Assembly (NCBI RefSeq): GCF_009914755.1
Contig: NC_060941.1
Strand: one strand, 5' to 3'
Origin: the human T2T-CHM13v2.0 reference genome, Homo sapiens
DNA length: 64,000 nt
Shown here: piece by piece, positions 12,417 to 24,900 of the stretch
How positions within the stretch are numbered: position 1 is the stretch's first letter
How the letters are laid out: each line of letters begins with the position of its first letter
Translations under genes and position numbers: made by a program
Notes under the pieces: model-generated
Seen by the model: only the letters and a program-made list of their open reading frames with translations
The model's database searches: none
Told to the model about the DNA's origin: nothing

Positions 12417-13651
12417 ACACCACCTGTTCCCCAAAAACCTATTGGATAAAAAAACTCCATTTATTATTCTTTCAGTTTGGATAACATTTTATGATTATAA
12501 AAATGACACCCGTTCTTTAAAAATACAAAAAAGTAAATAATAAAACTTTCCAGTGTTTACATTTTGAGATGTTAATTTTGCTATAAAAATAGAAATTGAC
12601 CTCAAAGTTGAAAAAAGAAAATTAATGCCTTAAATTAAAATAAAAAAGATATGTGAAGATCATACTGCAAATGTAGTTTTCTTACCTTGAGTTGTTAACT
12701 TTCTAGAAGATTATGGGCATTGCCTCATATGATTAAGTACACTGTTAAAAGGGACTTAAAAAAAAAAAGTTGCCTCATAGTGTTCTGTGATTGACACACC
12801 AGAATGTAGTTACCTACTTCCCCATGTTTGGCTATTTTAAGTTACACTTCCGTGAATAGGCTTATGCTTACACTTAATTGTTTCTTTAGGATAAATTCCT
12901 AGAAGTGGAGTCTGGCTCAAGGGGTGAGGGCCACCTGGTGAGGCTTCTGTTGCATCATCCTGTTTCTCTGCTGCCCTCCAGGGGGGCGATGCCGCTCCAC
13001 GCTCCTGCCATGCTCCTGCCACAGCCACACTGGGGAGTCCCTCTGCCAATGTTGCCAAACATCTGCCCATATGTTTCCATTTTGTATTTCCTTGCTTATT
13101 ATTAAGGTGGGAGGTTTGTTATGGTTGCCGGCAGAGGTAACTTTCCTTTGAGATAAACATGTATATTTCCTTGGCCTGTTTAACTGACTTGTTTGTGCAA
13201 CCCCAGTCATTCTTCAAGACCCAATTCAAAGCTCATCTTTTCCATGAACTCTTTCCCGACACCCGTCTTTTCTCTGAAGCTGGAAGCTTTAATTTTCATA
13301 TCTGAATTCTCACAGCCTGTGTGTATCTGAAAACCCTTGTCAAAGACACTTTTGCATTGCAACTTGATATCTTTGGCCCCCACTTGAATCTGAGGTCTTT
13401 AGGGTAGGAGATGGGTCATTCATTTCTGTGTTGTTTGCAGGGCCTTGGCACCATACTGGGTAACTAGTGGGTACTCGATACTCTTGAATGGATGGATAGA
13501 TGGACACACACTGTTCTTAACAAACCAACCAACCCATCCCACACCCGTCAGCAAAATGAGTTTAATGCCACCTTATGAAATTGCTCTCTTCCTTTCCGCA
13601 TCTTTGCCTTTGGAATCAGTGAGGTTTTGCTCCATCTAAAGACCCAGCAGG

Positions 13652-13930
13652 GGCTGGGCGCAGTCCCAGCACTTTGGGTGGCTGATGTGGGTGGATCGCT
13701 GGAGCCCAGGAGTTTGAGACCAGCCTGGGCAACATGGTGAAACCCTGTCTGTACAAAAAATACAAAAATTAGTTGGGTGTAGTTGTGTGTGGCAGTGGTC
13801 CCGGGTACTCAGGAGGCTGCGGTGGGAGGATCGTTTGAGCCTGGGAGGTCGAGGCTACACTGAGCCGTGATTACACCACCGCACTCCAGCCTAAGCAACA
13901 GAGTGAGACCCTGTCTCAAAAGAAAAAAAA
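13652..13930 (+). mobile_element. AluJ-type element
   Basis: Alu with a short 5' deletion; TSD aagacccagcagg on both sides. Confidence 0.93.
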
Positions 13931-16653
13931 AAGACCCAGCAGGGCAGATGGAGTAACCAGCAAAGCCGACCTTAGTGGTGAGGCTGGGCATGGCGGCCTG
14001 AGCAGGGATCGGCTCCAAATAGTACGTCTACCGTGGGCTCCTGGACCTTTCTCCCTTTGCTAGAAGAGAAGCACCAGCACCCTCCCTTTTCCTCTTGTGA
14101 CATTTTAAAATGTATTATTCCCATTCATAGCCTTATAAAATCAGTACGCAGTAATTAGAGAACATTTGGAAAACACAGAAAAGTAGAAGGAAGAAAATAA
14201 TTACCTATAGCCTTCCCACTCAGATCAGCCCATTCACAGATGACATTTCTGCTGTGTTTTCTTTCAGTTGTGTTTTCCAGGCAAAGACTTTGTGTGCGAG
14301 GTTTTGCTTACGTAGTTCTTGCCATCCATCATGTAGATTTTTTTGTCCTGCCTGTCGCTTAGTAAAATAACACAAAAAACTTCCTATGTTTTTGTAAACC
14401 TGCTCAGTGGCTCTGTCATAGTTTAGTAAGTGGTTTTACCATCACCTCCTTAGCTGTGCTTCCATTGTTGGGGCTTTGGGTTGTTTGCACTGTGTCCCTC
14501 TTGTAAACAATGTCGGGATGGACAAGTTTGTGCTGGGCGTTTCCTTGTCCCTTTGGCTGGTTACCTCAGGCAGACTGGCCCATACCAGCCCTTCCCCGCT
14601 TCATTCTCCTCCCTTGGGGCCAGTGCCCTATTCGCCTCTCGGTTTGTGTTTCTCAGTCTCCATGTGTAGCAATATGTTGAGAAACAGCTTCCTTTTTCAG
14701 GAAGAAAGCTCAAGATGTTGAACCTCGAGGAGGCTGTGCACAAAGGTGCAGAGTCCTGCCTGCTGGGTCATGGCCTTGGCACTGCAGGGCGGCCCCCTTC
14801 TGCCTCACAGGCCCAGGGTTACAGAAGGTGCAGGTGACGGGGAGGCCACGCCTTTGAAGGGGCTGCCTGGCAAACCTTTTCCCCTGACAGTAAGCTGAGG
14901 GGGTGGCCCTGGTCACATGTTGCAGGTCTCTGGAGGGGGTGTAGTGAATACCTGAGTCCATTTTCTGCCTGGTCCCACACTCGGATCCGTCATGGAAGAT
15001 CTGGCCCCTGTGTTCTGTGGGCGAGTGCTTGGGGGAGAACCCCTCCTGTGGGGCTGCTGAGATGTGTGCTGTGCTGGAGGTGGCTTCAGCCCTGCTCCTC
15101 TGAGCAGCTGCTTGGGGCATGCTGTTGAGCTCCAGAGAGCACTTCAGCATATAGCCAGCAGCGCCCTGAGGAGCTGCAGTGACAAAGGCCACTGTGGCAC
15201 TCAAGGCTCAGGTTTGGATGGTGGAGTAACATTGCCTAGGTTCACCTCCCACCCTGGACAGTTACTTTATCTCTCTTTCATCTCCACTTGGGGATAGTAA
15301 TAACACCCACCTCCCCAGATGAAATGAGTTAGCATTTTATACACTTCTCAAAACAGTCCCTGTTTGTTAAATAAAAATAGGGAACCAGCGTTACCAGCTA
15401 GACCACTCGCTCACAGCAGGTTGAACCCAGGACTTCTGCCATCCAGTATGGGGGAAAGAGTGCTGGACAGAACCAGGAGACCGTCCTGGCACTGCCTTCT
15501 ACTTTGTGTGAGTTTGACTAAGTCGTTGTCCCTCTCTGGGCCTCAGTTTCCTCATCAGTTTTTCATCTATTTCTGTGAGATGACCTTAGGCCCTTCTTGT
15601 CTTAGAACATCCAAGGATTTTGTAATTTAAAGGCATTTCAGACATCTGAAGATGGGTCTGGTCCTGCTAATAATCCTCACTGGTTGACGTGGTCCTTAGA
15701 TGGGGCCAATTGCAAAGGTCAGAGGGCAGGAGATGCAGAGCCCTGTGGGGTTTGCCCGGTTTTTCTCAGTGCGGGTGAGCTATCCTCCACCTGGAGGGTT
15801 ATGGTAGCTGGGTCACCTGGGAACAGGCCGTGGGAGAACTGGCCTCCTTGGGAATGTGTTGTCCTGCGCGGCAGAGCACTTTCAGGTACGGGCTGCTCTG
15901 TGAGGCCACCCTGTGCTCCAGCCCGCAGCACTTGAGACTGACTTGCCCTGAGGTTTGTGTGAGCGAAATCGGGTCTTATGCAACAGTGAGTGCGTGCATC
16001 TCCGCTTCGAGCTGTTACATCAGAAAGCTAAACACAGAGAGCCCTTGCAACTGGAGAACTAGCAGGAGGCCCTCGCTCTGGTTCTTTGTCAGCGGGTGGG
16101 ACGGGGTAGGATGTGGCTTACAGGCAGCTGTGGAGGAGAGGACTGTGCTAGGAAAGAGGTTGGAGCTGGTGGACTCTCTCCCAGGCGCTGCTTTTCCAAC
16201 AGGCTTTCTGGAAGGTTCTGGCCTCCTTCTGATCAGGTGGCAGAGCATCCCTGGGGCTCCTCACCAGTATTCGTGTGCTCTGGGTCAGTGATGTCTCCAT
16301 CTGCATCACTGCTGGTGGAGCACAGTGGGAAAGGTCAGCCTTCAAACTGTGGAAGGTCAGACCCAGCGCCTCAAGCCTGGAGGGGCAGCGTGGGGCATCA
16401 GCCTCTTATGAGTTTAAGTTGGCTCTGACACATACCAGCTGGGTGACGTTGGGTTGGCTTCCTGACCCTCTGAGTCCTTTTTTATAAATGAGAACATTTG
16501 TACCAAGATGCCCAGCATTGGCCTGATGGACAGTAGGCACCCCAAAAGTCTCAGTCATTTAAGGAAGTAATGTAGCCCATGGTTAAGAGCATGGGCTGAG
16601 CAGCTGAACTTCCTGGGTTCAGTTTCTTGCTCTGCCACTTACTAGCCGCATGA

Positions 16654-17271
<618 letters not shown>

Positions 17272-17939
17272 TAATAGTCACCCTTGTTGGAGTTAGCTGT
17301 CATTGTCTAATTTCTTCAATAAGGGTGGTCAGTTGATTTCTTGAGAGCTTGGCAGCATACCGCCTCTCTTTATTTTGAGATGCATCCCCACCCTGTTCAG
17401 CTAGAGCTTGTCCAAGGTGACAGGTGCGTGTGCGCACGTGTGTGTGTGTCTTTTTCAGCCATGTCACCACTATCCAGGTCTGGAGAGTAGCTCCCCTTGC
17501 AGCCTGGGGGCCAGGCCTCTCCTCGGCTTGCTTCTTCAGGCTGTGTGCATCTTGTTACCCATCCTGGTTTGCCTCCCTCTTCTGCACAGACTGTGCTCAG
17601 AGGTTCGTGTTGCACAGTTTGGCTCGGGTGTGCCCAGCTCTTGACCTGAGAATAAAGTAAGGGCCAGGAAAGCCATCCTTTCAGTGTGAGTGTGTTCCAG
17701 CCACGCCTGGCCTTGTCTACGTTTGCCCATTTTCAAGGAATACACCAGGGTAGCTTGGGACATGCCATGTAGATGGAGTCATCCAGGAATGTGTTTAAGA
17801 ATCTTAAAGCAATAAACAAGTCAGACTAACTGCTTTCAAAGAGTACAAGAGACTGGAATTTTCATGATAGAGATGGCTGACAATGAGTGTTAATCTATTA
17901 TAGCAGGCCTGATGTCTTCAGCAATAGACATCCCCCTCT

Positions 17940-18080
17940 TCCCCCATTTTGCAGATAAGGAAACTGAGGCAGAGGGTGGTTAAGTAATCTGAGTTAAAGC
18001 AGCTAGTCAGTGGCCGAGCTGGGATTTGAACCCGGGTCTGTTGGCCTCTAGGCCCCAGCACCTGACTATCCATCACTATA
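17940..18080 (-). mobile_element. MIR
   Basis: cccattttgcagataaggaaactgaggc...gggatttgaacccgggtctg core. Confidence 0.8.
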
Positions 18081-18824
18081 CTGCCCCTGGCTGGCATTCC
18101 TGGGATTATACAGCAGCGGCATCCTGTTGCCTGAGCCCTTTCTCATCCCCCGCTAATGATAGTGCTAGTAATGTGAGTCCAGTTACAGCTGTGTTGCCTG
18201 AGGTGCACAGGGCCTAGGGGGATAACTGCGTTGTCTTTAGCCATTGCTTGTTAGAGAAGGTGGTCTTGCCTTCTTTCTCCCTCCCAGAGCTGATGTCACC
18301 TAAACCCTGCTGCAATATTATTCCTGGGTTTCAGGTCTGATTTTTATGTCCCCTACATCCCATATCTCCTTCCTCTGACCAGACAAAATGGTCCCTCAGG
18401 AAAAGAGCTTTGAAGATTATTTAGTGGAGATGGCTGTGGCTAATCAGTGACCTTCTCAGATCGCTTAGGAAAAGCGTGTGGATGTCCTTGTCAGGGCTTT
18501 CTTCCCTGAGAGGCATCTGAGAAGTCCCTGGGGTCACAGCTGGGAGTGACCCTGGGTGGGACTCAGTGTTTCAGGGGTGCTTGGTTTTAATCTATGAATT
18601 TAAAATCATGCTTTCCTGGGTGGGAGTTGGGGTGGGCAGTGGTTGTGAAGCTGGCGCCACAACATAGGATGGTGTGTAGCCTTGGCCATGTGCCTTTACC
18701 CCTGAGCCTTGGTTTGCAGTGAGGATCAGATGAGGTGCTGTCTTGCCAGAGCGCTCCGTAAACTCTGTAGTGCTGTGACTGAGTGTGAGGTGCTGCGACC
18801 AAGTATCCATAAGATACACAATCA

Positions 18825-19423
18825 TCACATTGGTGTGCGCCACAGAAAGAATGCACAGTCATGTCACTAGGAGTAATTCTGGTCTCATTTGAAACTCAGC
18901 ATGGTGGTTTGGTGCCAGAGGTGTTCCTTGGGCCTCTGGTACAAGTGAATTGTTAAAAGGGTGTGGATGCTGATCTGCCCTAATGCATAGAGCTTCATTT
19001 CACAGCCGGTTGCTCTCCTTGTTCCACGGGAAGCTTGCAGACACATTAACAGATCAACAATCGTGATCCTTCATCTGGACGCTTTCCTTCTGCACTCTTC
19101 CCCAGTCACCCGTCCTGGTTTTCCTATCAGCTGCCAAAGGCACAGCTTTGATGTTAAGATTAAGATTGCAGCGAAGGAAGATGGGAAGGAATCTTTGCTG
19201 GGAGCTCGCAGTCAGCCAGCAGCTGTGTCATATTGTTTTGTCTTCACAGTGATCTTTTGAGGCTGATCTTTGCCCCTCATTTATGGCAGAGGAAGTGAAG
19301 GCTCAGACATTTAATTGCCCATGGGCCCTTAGCTGGTAGGAGTCAGGGCTGAGTTTCAAATGAGACCAGAATTACCCCTAGTGACATGACTGTCCATTCT
19401 TTCTGTGGCGCACAGCAATGTGA
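18825..19423. repeat. Inverted repeat: 76-bp arms at 18825-18900 and 19348-19423, 447-bp spacer
   Basis: The arms are reverse complements with 3 mismatches in 76 bp. Confidence 0.95.
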
Positions 19424-20882
19424 GAGGGCCCTGTGGGGTCTGGCCATGATGGCAGACACTGCCTCTCTCCCATTGCTTTCTGTCTGACCCACCTCCACGG
19501 GTGTGGGGAAGAGTTGGAGATGGTACTGTTGGAGCAGCGGCTTGTGCTGTTGGCAAGCATAGGGTTCCCCTCTGTCTGGGAGACAGGGCAGGCACAGCGC
19601 TGAAGTGAGAGACGGCTGGGCTGGGGCTGCCTGTGGGCTGAGTGCCCTTTGAGGGTGGAATCTCCAGCCGAAGGGCCCCTCCCCGAGAAGCACCAAGTCC
19701 TAGTAAATTGAACAACAAACAGGGCTCTGCTTGGGTGGCTCATTTGCTGGAGAAACTCAGTGCTTCACCTTCCTGCTAAAGTATGCCGGTATGCCAGAAA
19801 TTCCCTGGACAAGCAAGAAGGGAAGTCATGTCTTTATAGTAAAAACACTAATAAAACAGCTCTAGAATCTTCTCCTTCCTTTACACCCACACTGCCACTA
19901 ACTAAATTACCTTTTGTTCTCATCGTTTGCTGAATTGCAGTGCTTCTTAAATGATTTTCCTGTCTTTGGTTTATCCACACGCACTTCAGTCTGTCCTCCT
20001 TATGGTTTCCAGAATGAGGATCGTTCAGAAATGCAAATCTGATCACGTTTTTCCCTTCGCTTCCCGCCCCATGCCTGCAAGATTGAGTGCAGATGCCTGA
20101 GTGTGGCATTCCAGGACCTTCTGGAACTTTGTAGGACCTGCATGAACTGGTCCTGGTCCCTGACTGAAACAAAAAAAAAGTGGCACCGGCCATTGATCTG
20201 GAGGGTCTAAGAAGGCCCTGCTCATGCACCTGACCCTGGGTGGGGACCATTCCATCAGGGGCAGGCCCAGGGCCACTCATTATGGTCTCTTCATCACAGT
20301 AGTCAGGACTCTAGGAGACTCTATACTCTGTTGGACAAAGTAGCCACAGACCAACCCAGGTTCAAGGGGAGAGGAAATAGACCTCTAGATTGGAGGAGTG
20401 TCATATACTTTGTGGCCGTCTTCAATCTGCTGTGGTTGTCTACACTCGTATGGTAGACTCAGATGATCCTGTGACTACCCAATGGGGAAGAAGAACCCTC
20501 ACCACCCACTGCCAGGAGCGGGGGCTCCCCCACCTATTCTTTTTCTCTAGCAAATGCAAGATCCTACATAGCCTGCTTTACCCCCACCCTTACCTTGTGC
20601 ACTCTGGGAAACTGAGTCATCATGTATCTTCCTAAGTGCAGTGGTGCAGCTGGGGGTTGTATTCCCAAACACTCAGCATCAACTGAATCAGGGTAGAACA
20701 AGGATTCCATATCTCCAGCTCGTGGCAAATGTTTGTCTGTATTCCAGGTCTTATATAATAGACTCGAAGGTACTCTAAGGTACTGCATGTGGTTTACAGT
20801 ATGCTAGGGTCCTTTTTCAAGGATATGTAACTCTCTCAGCCTCAGTTTCCTCAGCTGTAAAATGAGATTAATAATAGTACCT

Positions 20883-21193
<311 letters not shown>

Positions 21194-21329
21194 ACCTATC
21201 GGGATTCATGTAGGTATTAGGTGAGATAATATAGAATGTATAGCATGATGCCTAGTACCTAGGAATGCCCAGTTAAAAAGAATATATCCAGTTGTGGTTA
21301 AAACAGTCCTGGAATACAAAAAATAACTC

Positions 21330-21510
21330 AACGTGCATCAAAAACCTAAATAAAAAAGATACAACAATAAAACTTCTAGAACCCAGGAGAATATGTTTGT
21401 GAATATGGGCTTGACAAATATCTCCTAGATAGGAAATAAAAAGCACAAACAAACAGACAAAAAGATTGTTAAGTTGGACTTCATAAAAATTAGCTGCTCT
21501 TCGAGATTTA
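21330..21510 (+). mobile_element. Old L1 fragment
   Basis: aaaacttctagaa...aagttggacttcataaaaatt resembles the L1 ORF2 3' region. Confidence 0.55.
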
Positions 21511-21669
21511 AGGACTTTTGGAAGAATGCTTTTGGATGGCATGTGGCTCAAAGAAGAATGAGGGATACCTTCTTTTTGCTGTTGTAGGTTTTCTGGAAGC
21601 CAGCAGGAAGCCTCAGCCTTAGAAACATTAGCGGTAGAAGGAGGTTTGGAATACTGCGGACTTAATAGA

Positions 21670-21990
21670 ACTACTTTTGGTTGCAAGTAACAGAAAATGT
21701 GACTGGAATAGGCCATTATGTTTCTCCTACAATGAGTCTGGAGTTAGGTGGCACACGTGTGCTGGTTTTGCAGCTGAACAGGGATACTGTCTCTGGTTTT
21801 CCAGGCAGCTCTTGCCATCCTTGTGGTTGCGAGATGGCCACTGCAGCTTGTCTGTTTTCAAAATGGGCAGGAGGTGTTGGGCAGCCCCAAGATCTGTCCC
21901 ATGCTTTCCCAGCAGGTCCCCTAGCAAGCAAGTCCTCATGCCTCATTAGCCAAAACTGTCACAGGTAACCAGCTTCAAGGGAAGCTGAAA
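21670..21990. mobile_element. MaLR LTR (MLT1, old)
   Basis: ttttggttgcaagtaacagaaaa start motif and cagcttcaagggaagctgaaa end motif. Confidence 0.5.
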
Positions 21991-24900
21991 GTGGGGACTG
22001 AATCATCATGATGGCTGTGCAGGGACCCCATTCCGGATCAATTATGTCACACTCGCTGAAGCCAAGGCTCGTGGGTTGTGATGTGAAGACTGGGCTGCGA
22101 GCCACTGACTGAGACCAGTTCATCACTGGGCACAGTGCTACCCTGAACAAAACTGGGTCCTGTGGGCAAGGGAGAAGCTGGGAGCTGATATTAGGTGGAG
22201 ATGAGCAGTCTGAGCATGGTGCTCCACAGGGTGTGGCGGTTCGGGCGCCCCTCATCCTTCTGGGGGAGTTCACAATGCATTCATTGATCCCTGGTGTCTG
22301 GGGCACTCATCTGTCATTGCCCCTTGCCCCTGTCCAGCCCTTTGTCCTTTTCTGTGATGGCCTGAGTTGCTAAGCCAACAGTCACATCCCTGGAAAGAAA
22401 GCCCTCTATCTTTCCAGCATTGGGCACAGTCTCCTTCTCATAGTTGGTGCATATAGGTCAGAGTTTAAGGTGCCTTGCCTTCCCCATCCCTCCCTTCCAG
22501 AGTCTCCCTAGGGAACAGGCCTTAAGGATAGGTAAGGGGTTTGGCCCATTGGCAGAAATCTACTTTTGCCATTAGGTGCAGCCTCTGCCTTTTTCACTAG
22601 GCCCCTGCTTGGTAATTCACACCCAGGTGCCTTTCAGTTGGCAATGTCAGGAATACTCCAGGATTACCTGTTGTGATTGAGGGGTTGAGCTGAGGGGGTA
22701 AACTAGTTCGTGGCTGTGCCCTGTGGGCCTGGTGACCTTCAGACAAACACATGGAGTGTGTGTTTGAACTGGGACACAGGCCGTGTTGATGAAGTATCTG
22801 GTCTGTGAGCAACACCACACCTGTGGCTCCTGACACCTGGGCCAGCACTTCCCTCAGCCTCCCAGCAGAAGCACCGAGCAGCAGGGCTGCTGTGTCATGG
22901 ACGCTTAGACCTGCTGTCTGTTGCTTTGCCTTTCCTAGCCCTCGGTCAGGTGTCTGTGCGGACACATCTGTTCCCCCAACTTGTGTGGGTTCCTGAAAAT
23001 TATGGACCCCTGCCGCTTACGACCGTTGTCCTTGGAGTCCAACGGTGCCGGGCATTGGGAAGAGGTTTGGTTGTTGAATGACTGGATGATGGTCAGAAGT
23101 CCTTTGTTGCCGTTATTCAATTGCTTCAGGCACAGGGGAGTTAGGGGGTAAAGTGGGTGTCTTTCTTTCTCATGATTTAGTCCTGTTGGTCCCCACAGCC
23201 CCTAAGGACTGCTGGTACTAACAACACATGAGATATTGGGGGGTTACATCAATTGAGGCAGGAAGGAAAACTTGAAAGGCAGATCAAGACAGATCATTTA
23301 CTGACTTTTCAAATAATTGCTTTCTGAAGAGCAGTGTTTTGACTCACCTTGGCTTTGCAGGTGGGAGCTGTATTAGGCTGTTAGGTCAGGGAAATGCCTT
23401 CCTCTTTGGTTCTGCTGCATCTCACAACCTCCGTGGCACATAAAATGGCCTAGCAGTTGTTGCTGAGAAAACTCGGGCCCTTGGCCATTCACTCTGGCCC
23501 AGCTCAAGCTTTGCATTTCCCAGGAAGCATCATGGGTGCTTTTAAACCATAGTTGACCTCATAGTCTTCTTTCCCTGACTGCTCATGCTTAGTACTGGAG
23601 CAGTGGGAACAGGTGATTTATGTGATTTATCTAAGGTGGGTGCTTAGTTGCACAGAGGAGCTAACTCATCAGTGCTTCCATACAGGGTCTCCTGCACCCA
23701 CTGCTGCACCAGCCAAAGGCAGTCAGTCATACTCTTAGACAAGTGAGCTCGTTTTGTCTCAGCCTGGGGTTGAATCTCCCATCTACAGTCTGTTGTCAGG
23801 TCCTCAGACTTTGCATTCCCAGTGGAGCATAGGGAAGGGTAGGAGGCCCTGAGCTCCCAGCTGTGGCCGTTCTCACCCCTGGCCTCCTTGGGAATATCTC
23901 CACTTGTGGTCTGGGTTAGACTTGTTTGTTTGTGTTTGAAGTTCCCCGACTCTGAGTTTGACGTCAAGGCAGGATTGCTAGTGGGAGGCTTGGCGGGGAG
24001 GTTGTCTCTACACAAATGTAAAAGCCTGGCAGCTTCCCCAGGAGAGTGCGGGTATGGGCCGGGCCGGGAGAGGGCTGGCTGTTGCGAAATGCCCAGCTCA
24101 AGGATTGAGGTCACTTGTACTTTCTCCTCTCCTTGCCCCACTTTCCCTGTGTGCCTCTCCTGCTCTGTCCCATGCCCATGAATGTCAGCCCCCGTGGGCG
24201 CCCTTGAGGGCTGGGCAGTGCTGGGAGCCAAGGGGCTGCCTCTGGTCCCCTCGGAGCTGGGTGCTATGGTCGCTGCGTGCCTGTGCGTGGAACTGTCAGC
24301 TGCATCACAACCTCCAGAGGCCTCCTTACATTCTCAGAAATCATTTTGCAACAAGTTGGCCATGGCAGCCAGGCTAGACTGCTTAGCTGGCTGGGTTGGT
24401 GGGAAGTCCCCAGAAATGCACTCCAGCTTTGGGAAGGAAGTGGAAGATGTAAGGGGAGCTTCCCCGAGGCATGGACAGAATGGGTCAATAGTGGAGGAGG
24501 AGCAGCAGCTTCAGGGACCACTGGAATGAAGGCTGGAGTAAGTTGCCAGGGCTTTGGTGGCATCCTGAAGTTCGGGATGGTATAGTCAGGGACTTGGCAG
24601 GAGCAAAGACTGCTGTGGGCACCACGTAAGAGTCTGGTGCTGCCTACTGAGGAGAAAGGAGTCAGGGTCTTGTGGGTGCTGGTGAGCTGGAAGCTGGTCC
24701 ACAACTGCACCTGCCACAGGAGGACTAAATAAAACAAGAGGCAAGTGATGGACGAATGGAGTGGCTGTCCAGTTACTTCGTGTCACTCTGTAAAGCATAC
24801 TAGGATCTTCTTAAAAGGGATGGCCTCAGGTTATAGGCAGCATGATGGCTAGTTTTAATGAATTTAATGCTGGCTTAGAGCCAGGGGTGGGGTACAGCCC

